A stretch of DNA of 51,796 nucleotides from Halobacteroidaceae bacterium (GTDB taxonomy: Bacteria; Bacillota; Halanaerobiia; B1SED10-174). The notes beneath the pieces were generated by a model. That model saw only the letters and a list, made by a program, of their open reading frames with translations. It made no database searches and was not told the origin of the DNA. Both the position numbers and the translations under genes were made by a program. Positions 9,389 to 19,300 of this stretch are shown piece by piece; position 1 is the stretch's first letter, and each line of letters opens with the position of its first letter. The stretch is taken from contig PWFS01000062.1 of NCBI GenBank assembly GCA_003554145.1, positions 1 through 51,796 of the forward strand. The letters run 5' to 3'.

Positions 9389-10465
9389 ATGAGCAGAAAT
9401 ATTCCTCCATATGTTTACTTTGCTGCTGGGGTGGTTTTGTTTTTTGTTCTGGTTTATTTCTTTGTTTCTTATATCCTGACCTATATTCTGCCCTTTTTAT
9501 TCGCAATTATTCTGGCTGCACTTATTGAGCCCCTGGTAACAAGAATGCAGAGTATATTGCGGCTGGGGCGGGGGCTCAGTGTGGCCATCTGTCTGGCAAT
9601 TATTATTTCATTATTATTGCTTCTCCTTACTGCTGGTGTTTCCCGCCTCTTTTTTGAAATGGATCGTCTGGTGCGCTCTTTGCCCGAATATCAGGCGGCA
9701 CTGCAGCATTTTGAGGTGCTCTGGGATAATGAGAGGTTGCAGGAGGTTCTGGATAACTGGGAATTTTCTCCTCAACTGCGGACCTCGCTGGAAGAGGGAC
9801 TGGAAGAAATTTATGCCACGATCGAAGGTGCCATTAGGAATATTCTGGGGATTTTGCAGGATGGAGCCCGGCGGGTGGTTAATTTTGTAACTGTTACTTT
9901 TTTGAGCTTTCTGGCGGCTTATTTTATCAGTAAGGATAAAGAATACCTGGAAACTTCAATAATGGGTGCGGTTCCGGAAAAATGGCGGGAAGAAGCATTC
10001 AGTTTTAAAAAAGAACTTTCCGTAAGCATTATTGGCTATATCCGGGCTCTTTTTATTCTGATTTCCATTACCACTATTTTAACAATTATAGGACTGGAGA
10101 TTTTCGGGGTTAATTATGCCCTGGTAATTGGAATTATTTCAGGGATTCTCGATTTGATTCCAATAGTGGGGCCGGGGTTGATTTTTGTTCCCTGGATAAT
10201 TTTTTCTTTCTTCATGGGAGAAGTGCTCCTGGGATTTCAGTTGATATTACTTTATGGAACTATGGCTGTAGTGCGTTCCATTCTGGAACCCAAGGTAATA
10301 GGAAAAAACATTGGTGTTCATCCCGTGGCAACCCTGGTTGCCCTTTATGTTGGTTTAAGGGTTTTTGGTCCCACTGGCGTTATTATCGGGCCAGCCATTT
10401 TAATTATTACTATCGCCCTTATACGGGCCGGGATAGTTGCCAGGTGGAGACTGGAAAAGGGGTGA
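9389..10465 (+). CDS. ytvI: AI-2E family transporter / sporulation membrane protein YtvI-like
   Basis: Polytopic; PFLFA..LA..IEP, DLIPIVGPG, LEPKVIGKNIGVHP, FGPTGVIIGP. Confidence 0.85.
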   Translation: MSRNIPPYVYFAAGVVLFFVLVYFFVSYILTYILPFLFAIILAALIEPLVTRMQSILRLGRGLSVAICLAIIISLLLLLLTAGVSRLFFEMDRLVRSLPEYQAALQHFEVLWDNERLQEVLDNWEFSPQLRTSLEEGLEEIYATIEGAIRNILGILQDGARRVVNFVTVTFLSFLAAYFISKDKEYLETSIMGAVPEKWREEAFSFKKELSVSIIGYIRALFILISITTILTIIGLEIFGVNYALVIGIISGILDLIPIVGPGLIFVPWIIFSFFMGEVLLGFQLILLYGTMAVVRSILEPKVIGKNIGVHPVATLVALYVGLRVFGPTGVIIGPAILIITIALIRAGIVARWRLEKG

Positions 10466-10469
10466 TTAT

Positions 10470-11603
10470 ATGGCCGGAGTTTTGATTTTGGGTGCAACCG
10501 GTTCCATTGGTCAGCAGAGCCTGGAGGTTTTGCAAAACTTAAAAAACCGGGGTTATGATCTGGACTTAATTGGTATTACTGCGCATAAAAACCGGGTTTT
10601 ACTGGAGAAACAAAAAGAAAGATACAGGCCCCGGGTCGCAATTCTGACCGGCCAGGAGGCGGGTCCGGATCAGGGTATTGAGTATGGTTCAGGTGCCCTT
10701 TTGCAGTCAATATATCGGGATGATGTTGATATTGTTATCAATGGCCTGGTAGGGATCAGCGGCCTGGAACCCAGCCTGGCGGCAATAGAATCAGGGAAAA
10801 AACTGGCCCTGGCCAACAAGGAGAGCCTGGTGACCGGGGGGCCTTTAATTAACGAATTGCTGGCTAAAGAGGGGTCAGGGTCGTTAATTCCAGTGGATAG
10901 TGAACACAGTGCACTCTATCAGCTCCTACAGGGCCACGGGAAAGGGGACATTTCTTCTTTGATCCTGACCGCTTCGGGGGGGCCCTTTTTCTTTTCCTCC
11001 CGGGAGGAAATGGAGCAGATAACCCCGGAACAAGCCCTGCGGCATCCAACCTGGGCCATGGGGGGTAAGATTTCAATTGATTCAGCAACAATGATGAATA
11101 AGGCCCTGGAGGTTATTGAAGCCTACTGGTTATTTGGAGTTGATTATGATAAAATTGAAGTGCTCGTTCACCCCGAGAGTATTGTTCATTCCCTCATCCG
11201 CCTGGAAGATGGGGCGGTCCTGGGACATATGGGAATCCCGGATATGAAAGTTCCCATTCAATATGCTCTTACCTGGCCCCGGCATGAGGGTGGAGAGTTT
11301 GAGTCCCTGGATCTGGCCCGCGTGGCCCGGTTAAATTTTTATCAACCCCGCTGGGCGGATTTTCCCGCCCTGGAGTTGGGTTATGAAGCAGGACGCCGGG
11401 GGGCGAGTATGCCCGTTGTTCTCAATGGGGCTAACGAAGAAGCAGTAACTGCATTTTTGCAGGGCCGGATTTCATTTTTAGAAATTGCCAGTTCGGTGGG
11501 AGGAGTTATGGCCGCCCATGACCCTTATCCCCTGACAGATCTTCAAGCAGTTCTGGAAGCGGATAAATGGGCGCGGCAAAAATTTGAAGAGGAGGTTAGC
11601 TAG
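10470..11603 (+). CDS. dxr: 1-deoxy-D-xylulose 5-phosphate reductoisomerase
   Basis: ILGATGSIG, LALANKES, PVDSEH, TASGGPF, WAMGGKISIDSATMMNK; start ATG 10470. Confidence 0.97.
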   Translation: MAGVLILGATGSIGQQSLEVLQNLKNRGYDLDLIGITAHKNRVLLEKQKERYRPRVAILTGQEAGPDQGIEYGSGALLQSIYRDDVDIVINGLVGISGLEPSLAAIESGKKLALANKESLVTGGPLINELLAKEGSGSLIPVDSEHSALYQLLQGHGKGDISSLILTASGGPFFFSSREEMEQITPEQALRHPTWAMGGKISIDSATMMNKALEVIEAYWLFGVDYDKIEVLVHPESIVHSLIRLEDGAVLGHMGIPDMKVPIQYALTWPRHEGGEFESLDLARVARLNFYQPRWADFPALELGYEAGRRGASMPVVLNGANEEAVTAFLQGRISFLEIASSVGGVMAAHDPYPLTDLQAVLEADKWARQKFEEEVS

Positions 11604-12698
11604 GTGGAACTTATCCTGGCTTTTACTGGAGTACTATCTTTTTTACAAACTGCGGTAACCTTTATTATTGTAATCGGGTTGCTGATTTTTTTCCATGAAA
11701 TGGGACATTTCCTTGCGGCTAAAAGGAGTGATATCCTGGTAGAGGAGTTTGCCCTTGGTTTTGGTCCCGCCCTTATTTCCCGGAAGAGGGGAGAAACCAG
11801 GTATTCTTTGCGGGCCTTTCCCCTGGGTGGTTTTTGTAAGATGGCGGGGGAAATGCCCGAAGAAGAAGGGGAGGAAAGCGATAAGTATCTGCAGGCCCAG
11901 AAAGAAGGGCGCTGTTTTTTCCAGAAACCCGCCTGGAAGAGGTTTATCGTGGTGGCCATGGGTTCGATAATGAACTTTGTTCTTGCCGCCCTCTTATTCA
12001 GCCTTGTTTTCGTGTTTTATGGTTTGCCGGTGGCTCCGGCCGAGACAACTGATATCGGGGATGTAATCCCCGGAGCACCTGCAGCTGAGGCAGGACTCAG
12101 GGCAGGAGATCGGATCATTGAGGTGGAGGGTCAACCGGTTGCAGAGTGGGATGAAATGGCGGGACTGATTCGCCAGTATCCCGAACAGGAATTAGAAATA
12201 AAGGTGCAAAGACGGGATGAAGTTTTTTCAGTTGCTTTAAGGCCTGAGATCCAGGAAGATGGGCGGGCCGCAATAGGAATATTTCCCGACGTGGTCAGGG
12301 AACCCCTTTCCTTTTTAAATTCCCTCTGGATGGGAACCATCCAGACTTTTGAAGTTATTGGAGCCCTGTTTTTAGCCCTGCGGGATATGATTACCGGTGC
12401 TGCTCCTGCTGATGTTGGTGGTCCGGTTCGAATTGCCCAGATGGTAGGAGAAGCAGCCGAAGTTGGAATGTCCTATTTATTGAATTTTACCGCATTTATC
12501 AGCATTAACCTGGGAATAATCAATCTGCTGCCGATCCCCGCACTGGATGGAGGACGATTAATTTTCATTATTGTGGAAATGGTCCGGCGTAAAAGTCTGG
12601 ATCCAGAAAAAGAGGGATTGGTCCATTTTATTGGTTTTGTCTTCCTGTTAATTTTAATTGGAGTAATAATAATCCGGGATCTGACCCAGGTTTTTTGA
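11604..12698 (+). CDS. rseP: RIP metalloprotease RseP/RasP with one PDZ domain
   Basis: HEMGH zinc motif, PLGGFC, PDZ segment PAAEAGLRAGDRI, NLLPIPALDGG. Confidence 0.96.
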   Translation: MELILAFTGVLSFLQTAVTFIIVIGLLIFFHEMGHFLAAKRSDILVEEFALGFGPALISRKRGETRYSLRAFPLGGFCKMAGEMPEEEGEESDKYLQAQKEGRCFFQKPAWKRFIVVAMGSIMNFVLAALLFSLVFVFYGLPVAPAETTDIGDVIPGAPAAEAGLRAGDRIIEVEGQPVAEWDEMAGLIRQYPEQELEIKVQRRDEVFSVALRPEIQEDGRAAIGIFPDVVREPLSFLNSLWMGTIQTFEVIGALFLALRDMITGAAPADVGGPVRIAQMVGEAAEVGMSYLLNFTAFISINLGIINLLPIPALDGGRLIFIIVEMVRRKSLDPEKEGLVHFIGFVFLLILIGVIIIRDLTQVF

Positions 12699-12699
12699 G

Positions 12700-13761
12700 G
12701 TGGTAGGAGTGGGGGAAAAAAAGAAATCCGTCTGGCTGGGCAATATTGAGGTCGGTGGTCTAGCACCGGTTATTGTGCAATCAATGACCAATACATCCAC
12801 CGCTGATGTTGCGGCCACCTGTGCCCAGATTTCCCGGCTGGAGCGAGTGGGCTGCGAGATCGTGCGGGTTGCAGTCCCTGACCGGGAAGCGGTTCGGGCT
12901 CTGCCTGCAATAATATCCAGGAGCTCTATTCCGATTATTGGTGATATTCATTTTGATTATCGCCTGGCAGTGGAGGCCATAAAAGCTGGAGTGGCGGGGA
13001 TAAGAATCAATCCTGGAAATATTGGTTCCCGGCAGGGGTTGGAAGAGATAATTGCTGCCGCTAGGGATAAAAATATTCCCCTCCGAATTGGAGTTAATAG
13101 TGGCTCCCTGCCGGAGAAAACAATAAAAAGGTATGGTTCCCCCGGAGCTGAAGCTCTATGGGCGACCCTGGAGGAGTATATTGGGTTTCTGGAAAAGAAA
13201 TCTTTTTCAAATTTCAAGGTATCTCTAAAATCAACAGATGTTCTGACCACTATGGAGGCCAACCGACAGGCTGCTCAAAACCTGCCCTACCCCATTCACC
13301 TGGGGCTTACTGAAGCCGGTACCCTGCGGCGGGGTCTTGTCAATTCGGTAGCCTGTCTGGCTCCCCTGCTTTTGGAAGGGATCGGGGATACTATCAGAAT
13401 TTCCCTTACTGAAGATCCCGTAGAAGAAGTGCGGGCAGCCTGGGATTTACTACGGGCTGTTGGGTTAAGGCGGCGGGGCTTGAATATTTTTTCCTGCCCC
13501 ACCTGTGGGCGCTGCGAAATTGATCTGCAGAATCTGGCTAAAGAAATAGAAAGGGCCACCCAGGATATTAATAAAGATCTAACTATTGCAGTTATGGGTT
13601 GCCCGGTAAACGGACCTGGAGAAGCCCGGGAGGCAGACCTGGGCCTGGCCGGGGGCAAGGGTTTTGGGGTAATTTTTGCCCGGGGAAAACCGCTGGGAAC
13701 CTATCCCCAATCGGAACTCCTTTCAGTTTTTCTGGAGAAAATAAGAGAATGGCCGGGTTGA
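12700..13761 (+). CDS. ispG: HMBPP synthase IspG
   Basis: VQSMTNT, DIHF, RINPGN, RIGVNSGSL, CPTCGRC...GCPVNGPGE Fe-S ligands; start could be GTG 12709. Confidence 0.97.
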   Translation: MVGVGEKKKSVWLGNIEVGGLAPVIVQSMTNTSTADVAATCAQISRLERVGCEIVRVAVPDREAVRALPAIISRSSIPIIGDIHFDYRLAVEAIKAGVAGIRINPGNIGSRQGLEEIIAAARDKNIPLRIGVNSGSLPEKTIKRYGSPGAEALWATLEEYIGFLEKKSFSNFKVSLKSTDVLTTMEANRQAAQNLPYPIHLGLTEAGTLRRGLVNSVACLAPLLLEGIGDTIRISLTEDPVEEVRAAWDLLRAVGLRRRGLNIFSCPTCGRCEIDLQNLAKEIERATQDINKDLTIAVMGCPVNGPGEAREADLGLAGGKGFGVIFARGKPLGTYPQSELLSVFLEKIREWPG

Positions 13762-13787
13762 CATTAACTGCTTTTTTTTGCTAAAAT
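13758..13787 (+). promoter_or_regulatory. sigmaA promoter of the proS T-box leader
   Basis: TTGACA (13758-13763), 18 bp spacer, TAAAAT (13782-13787) with TG extension. Confidence 0.7.
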
Positions 13788-13799
13788 ACAATAACAAAA

Positions 13800-13999
13800 C
13801 AGAGTTCCAACTGCCGGGGAAGTATTAGGCTGGAAGAAAAGTTTCAGAGAACAGCCGCTGTGGTGCGAGGCTGTCTTTTCAACAGTTGAACCCGTCCCCC
13901 TTTAAAGGCAGACTTAAGAGTGTCCCTTGATGGGAAATCAGGGTGGTACCGCGGGTGGTTATACCTCTCGTCCCTAATCGGATGAGAGGTTATTTTTTT
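13800..13999 (+). ncRNA. T-box riboswitch (Pro specifier) with intrinsic terminator
   Basis: AGTA 13821, AGAGA 13846, GGTGCGA 13862, GAA-CCC-G specifier (CCC 13891-13893), T-box AATCAGGGTGGTACCGCG (13936-13953), terminator ACCTCTCGTCC/GGATGAGAGGT plus T-tract. Confidence 0.93.
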
Positions 14000-14010
14000 A
14001 GGAAAGGAAG

Positions 14011-15717
14011 ATGATCATGAAGATGTCCCAACTTTATATTCCCACTTTGAAGGAAAAACCAGTTGAAGCAGAAACCCCGAGCCATGAGCTGATGTTAAGG
14101 ACTGGTATGATCCGCCGGGTTGCTGCGGGTATTTATTCTTTTTTGCCCCTGGGTTATAAGGTAGTTAGAAAAGTAGAGAAGATAATCAGAGAGGAACTGG
14201 AAAAAGCGGGAGCACAGGAGGTTCATTTGCCCCTGCTGCACCCGGCTGAATTGTGGCAGGAATCGGGTCGGTGGGCGGAAATGGGAGATATGATGATTCG
14301 ACTCTGTGATCGGAAAAAGCGAGAATTCTGCATTGGACCTACCCACGAGGAAGTTATGACTGACCTGATCCGTTATGAGTTGAAGTCCTATAAAAATCTG
14401 CCCCAGAATTTTTATCAGATTCAAACCAAAGTCCGGGATGAGCTGCGGCCCCGGTTTGGGCTTCTTCGGTCCCGTGAGTTTTCCATGAAAGATGCCTACA
14501 GCTTCCATACCACCTGGGAATCCCTGGATCAGACCTATCAGGATATGCACGATGCGTATTGTGAAATTTTCCGTCGTTGTGGACTGAATTATCGAGTAGT
14601 GGAGGCCGATACCGGACCTATGGGAGGCACTGACTCCCATGAATTTATGGTTCTGGCCGATACCGGTGAGGACAGTGTTCTTTTTTGCAATCTTTGTGGA
14701 TATGCTGCCAATATAGAGAAGGCGGGCAGCAGGGTGGAATTCAAAGGGGAAAAAATTGATAATCCAGGAAAAGAGGAAATTTATACCCCCGGGATAACTA
14801 CCATTGAACAACTGGAAAAAGCCCTGGAACTTCCGGGAGAATATCTCTACAAAACTCTTTTGTACCGGGGAGAAAGTGGTTATTATCTGGCAATTGTGCG
14901 CGGTTCAGATCAGCTAAACGAAAACAAATTAATGGCTCTTTTGGGTGACCCCTTATTACACCTCGCCGAGGAAGGCTATGGCAACCTTCCGGCTGGCTTT
15001 TTAGGGCCACAGGGAGAACATGGCCTGAAAATTGTGGCCGATGAACTGGTTATGAATATGGACTGGGGGGTCGCTGGAGCCAACCGGGAGGATTATCATG
15101 TTAAGGGTATAGTGCCGGGAACTGACTTCACTCCTGCTTTTACCGGCAATATTCGTAATGCCCGGCCCGGGGAAAAATGCCTGGAATGCGATGGTAAACT
15201 TGAAGAAATCCGGGGTATTGAGGTGGGCCATATATTTAAACTGGGGAAAAAATATAGTGAGGCCATGGGCGCTAACTACCTGGATGAGAATGGCCACTCC
15301 CACCCCATGATTATGGGTTGCTATGGAATCGGGGTAACCAGGACTGTTGCTGCAGCCATAGAACAGAATCATGATAATTATGGGGTTAAATGGCCTCTGC
15401 CCCTGGCTCCCTATCAGGTGGTTCTCCTGACCCTGGGTGGAGATCAGGCCTTAAAAGAGGAATCGGAAAAATTATATCAGGGACTCCAGGAAATGGGAGT
15501 GGAAGTTCTCTGGGATGATCGGCCGGAGCGACCTGGAGTTAAATTCAATGAAGCAGATTTACTGGGGATCCCCCTGCGAATTACCATGGGTAAGAAGTTC
15601 CTGGAAAGTGGAAAACTGGAAGTAAAAGATCGGTTCCATGATCAGGATCATTTACTGGGGCAGGAACAGGTTCTGGATTGGATCCGGAATTACTGTATAA
15701 AGGAGGGGGTAAGTTGA
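14011..15717 (+). CDS. proS: Proline--tRNA ligase, bacterial type with editing insertion
   Basis: MKMSQLYIPTLKE, GPTHEE, RDELRPRFGLLRSREFSMKDAYSF, GIEVGHIFKLG, MGCYGIG. Confidence 0.98.
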   Translation: MIMKMSQLYIPTLKEKPVEAETPSHELMLRTGMIRRVAAGIYSFLPLGYKVVRKVEKIIREELEKAGAQEVHLPLLHPAELWQESGRWAEMGDMMIRLCDRKKREFCIGPTHEEVMTDLIRYELKSYKNLPQNFYQIQTKVRDELRPRFGLLRSREFSMKDAYSFHTTWESLDQTYQDMHDAYCEIFRRCGLNYRVVEADTGPMGGTDSHEFMVLADTGEDSVLFCNLCGYAANIEKAGSRVEFKGEKIDNPGKEEIYTPGITTIEQLEKALELPGEYLYKTLLYRGESGYYLAIVRGSDQLNENKLMALLGDPLLHLAEEGYGNLPAGFLGPQGEHGLKIVADELVMNMDWGVAGANREDYHVKGIVPGTDFTPAFTGNIRNARPGEKCLECDGKLEEIRGIEVGHIFKLGKKYSEAMGANYLDENGHSHPMIMGCYGIGVTRTVAAAIEQNHDNYGVKWPLPLAPYQVVLLTLGGDQALKEESEKLYQGLQEMGVEVLWDDRPERPGVKFNEADLLGIPLRITMGKKFLESGKLEVKDRFHDQDHLLGQEQVLDWIRNYCIKEGVS

Positions 15718-16379
15718 TTGGCGTTGAGGAAATACTACTCCGGTTGATAATTGCCGGGGCCCTGAGCGGTTTAATTGGCTGGGAACGGGAAATCCACGAA
15801 CGACCGGCCGGCTTTCGAACCCATATCCTGGTCTGCCTGGGTGCAACCCTGATTATGATCATCTCCCAGAACATCCATCATATTTATGGGGATGCTTCGG
15901 ACCCAGGCCGAATTGCGGCCCAGGTGGTCAGTGGTATTGGCTTTCTTGGAGCGGGAACCATAATCAGGGAGGGGGTAAGCGTAAAAGGTCTGACCACTGC
16001 AGCTTCCCTATGGGCCATTGCGGGGATCGGGCTGGCCATAGGCTCGGGTTTTTACCTGGGGGGAGTGGTCACAGCCCTCCTGGTATTTTTAAGCCTGTGG
16101 TTTTTATCCAAGGTGGAGTTTAGAGCCGCTGCCAAAGCCCGCTTCCGGGAGATAAAATTCCGGGTGAAAGATGTTCCCGGACTCCTGGGTAATCTTGGCT
16201 CCGTCCTGGGGGAATTTGAGGCCAATATTGTAAATGTGCGCATGGAATATGATCAAATTGACGGCGAATTGGAAATAATTATGCGGGTGGAATTGCCTGC
16301 CCAGGTGGATCGCAATCAACTGACGCAAAAACTGGCTCAGTGTAAAGGAGTGCATCAGGTCGAATGGGTGAACATTTAG
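15714..16379 (+). CDS. MgtC/SapB family membrane protein with C-terminal ACT-like domain
   Basis: IGWERE...PAGFRTH, DPGRIAAQVVSGIGFLGAGTI, GLTTAASLW; ACT-like DVPGLLGNL; TTG 15714 overlaps the proS TGA, SD AGGAGG. Confidence 0.92.
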   Translation: MIGVEEILLRLIIAGALSGLIGWEREIHERPAGFRTHILVCLGATLIMIISQNIHHIYGDASDPGRIAAQVVSGIGFLGAGTIIREGVSVKGLTTAASLWAIAGIGLAIGSGFYLGGVVTALLVFLSLWFLSKVEFRAAAKARFREIKFRVKDVPGLLGNLGSVLGEFEANIVNVRMEYDQIDGELEIIMRVELPAQVDRNQLTQKLAQCKGVHQVEWVNI

Positions 16380-19300
16380 AGCGAATTGCTATCCGGCCCC
16401 GGCCGGGCAATCAATTTATTCGGTTGTTATCCAGCCATTTTGGGCCGGGAATAAAGGAAAAAATTCTAATTAACAGGGTAGAAATTGATTCAGAAAAAAA
16501 CTGCATGATTTCTCTTGCGGTTGCCCCGGAAATCGGAACAGTAGAGATGGAGCAACTGCAAAAGATGCTGCGGAAAAGCCTGCCTGGATTGGGCCGACTG
16601 CGGGTCAAAGAGATTCCCTGGGACAATGCTGTCCAGGAAATTATGCTGGAGATTCTGGAGGGTGTAAAAGAAAGTTTCCCCCGTTTTAAAAGCTGCCTGG
16701 AAAATATGGAACTTATAATTGAACAGGACAGTGTTGTGTTTAAGCTACCCAGCCGGACCATGATCGATTTTTTAAGGGAAAAGAAACTGGATCAACAAAT
16801 TGCTCGAAGATTTGCCCAAAACGGTCTGCCGGCAGAGATCCAGATGGTCCAGATTCAGGGAGAGAAAAAAGCATCGATGAGGAAAAAAAAGCCAACAGCC
16901 CCTGATCCGGAGGAAAAAACAGTTCACCGGCAGATTAAAGGGAGATTTTTGCCTGAAGCTCCAGAAAGCCTGGATAAGGTCCTGGAGCAGGAGGGAGTTG
17001 TCGTGGTTGAAGGAGAGGTTTTCAGCGTTAATTCTCACCGGTCCAGCAGGGGAAAAACAATCCAAATTTTGAATATAACTGATGGAAAAGTTGCCCTGAC
17101 GGTAAAGATTTTTAATTTGAAAGAAGAATTGCAGCCCGGAAAATGGTACAAATTTCGGGGACCTGTCCAGTATGATGATTTTAGCGGGGAGAAAGTTCTT
17201 TTTGCCGGGGATATCCTGGAGGTGTCACCCCTGAAGAGAGAGGATAAGTCCTCTGATAAGAGAATAGAAATGCACCTGCACACCAAAATGAGTGATATGG
17301 ATGGAGTTATTGATATTGAAGAACTGGCCCAGACGCTCAAAAGGTGGGGGCATCGAGGTGCAGCAGTGACAGATCACGGCGTGGTTCAGGCTTTTCCCCA
17401 GGCCTATGCTGCTTTTAAAAAGGCCGGCTTGCAGTTTATTCCCGGCCTGGAAGTCAGTGTTATACCTGATCAGGAACAGATTTATTCGGGATCCTCCCGG
17501 GGCTCCTACAATGATTTTCCTCTGGTTTTTCTGGATATTGAAACTACCGGTTTCAGCCCCTGGCAGCATGAGATAATTGAACTGGGAGCGGTCCGCCTGG
17601 ACCGGGGGTCAACCCGGGAATTTCAGAGTTTGATAAAACCAGAAAAAGACCCATCTTCGGAGATCCTGGAATTAACCGGTATTGAAAAACGGGAACTGGA
17701 AAAGGCCCCTACCCTTAAAGAGGTGTGGCCGGAATTCATGAACTTTATTGCTGGCAGTATTGTCGTGGCCCATAATGCAGCTTTTGATTTGAATTTTTTA
17801 CGCTTCTGGGGAGAACGAGTAGGACACTCCCCTCCACTGGAACTGGGGAGCATTGATACCCTCAGCCTTTCCCGGGCTCTGAATAAAGATTTAAGGAGCC
17901 ACAGCCTGGGAGCATTGACCAGGAAGTTTAATATAAATCTGGATAATCATCACCGGGCCCTGGCTGATGCCCGGGCCACCTATCGGTTGTGGGAGATATT
18001 TTGCAGTAAGCTGGAAGCCCTGGAGATAAAAAAGCTGGAAGAAATCCAAAAAATGGCCCGGGAAATACCCTGGGAACTCAGATTTTCCTGGCACTGGACA
18101 GTATGGGCCTGGAATAAAGAGGGTCTTTTCAACCTTTATCGGCTGGTCAGTACTTCTCACCTGGAATATTTTCACCGCCAGCCCTTGATACCTCAAAACT
18201 GGCTGCAGGAAAACCGATCTGGTTTGTTTCTGGGCAGTGGCTGCCTGCAGGGCCCTCTATATCAGGTTTTGCTGGCTGGAGGGGCCCGGGAAGAAATGGA
18301 ATTACTGGGAACTAACTTTGATTATGTAGAAGTTCTGTCTCCCTCCTACTTGCTCCAGAATTCACCGCTGGAAGACCTGGAAACGGCCCGGGAAGTTACC
18401 AGAATCCTGGTGGAACTGGCTGAAAAGATGCAAAAGCCAGCAATAGCCATTTCCGATGGCCATTATCTGGAGCGAGAGGATCGGGTTTTTCGGGATGTTT
18501 TACTCCATCAAAAAGGGGGTCGAACCACGGGAGGTAATTCTCATTTATTAACCACGGAAGAAATGCTGGGGGAATTTGCCTTTTTGGGCGAAGAAAAAGC
18601 ACGGACCCTGGTCCTGGAAAACCCCCGGGCCCTGGCTGATAAAATTGAAACACTAAACCCGGTCCCTGAAGGGCTTTATCCACCCCGGGTTTCCGGGGCT
18701 GAGGAGCGGATAAAAAAACATACCCGGGAAAAAGCGACCCGATTATATGGGAAAAAGTTACCCCCTCTGGTCAAGAAAAGAATTGATCGGGAGTTGAACA
18801 GTATAGTTGGACAGGGCTTTGCGCCAATTTATGCAATTTCCCAGACCCTGGTGGGCAAATCTCTGGAAATGGGATACCTGGTGGGTTCCCGGGGTTCAGT
18901 AGGTTCTTCCCTGGTGGCTTTTCTCTGTGATATAACCGAAATCAATCCCCTACCCGCCCATTATCGCTGTTCAGAATGTAATTATTCCGAGTTTGAACCC
19001 CTGCAGGAGGTGGACTGTGGTCTGGACCTGCCTGACAGGGTTTGTCCACAATGCGGGAGCAATCTGGATCGAGATGGATTTGATATCCCCTTCGAAGTGT
19101 TTCTGGGTTTCCGGGGGGAGAAAGTTCCGGATATAGATTTGAATTTTGCCGGAGAAATTCAAAATAAGATTCACGGTCATACTGAAGAAATTTTTGGCCT
19201 GAAAAATGTTTTTAGAGCGGGAACTATTTCAACTATTGCCGCTAAAACAGCCTATGGCATGGTAAAGGGTTACCTGGAAGAAAATAATCTGGATGCCAAC

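Noticed and set aside
14095-14811. Long antisense ORFs (this 238-aa one, also 4688-5260, 21180-21755, 27048-27572 and others)
   Set aside because: They lie opposite conserved genes, have no recognisable motifs, and are best explained as shadow frames
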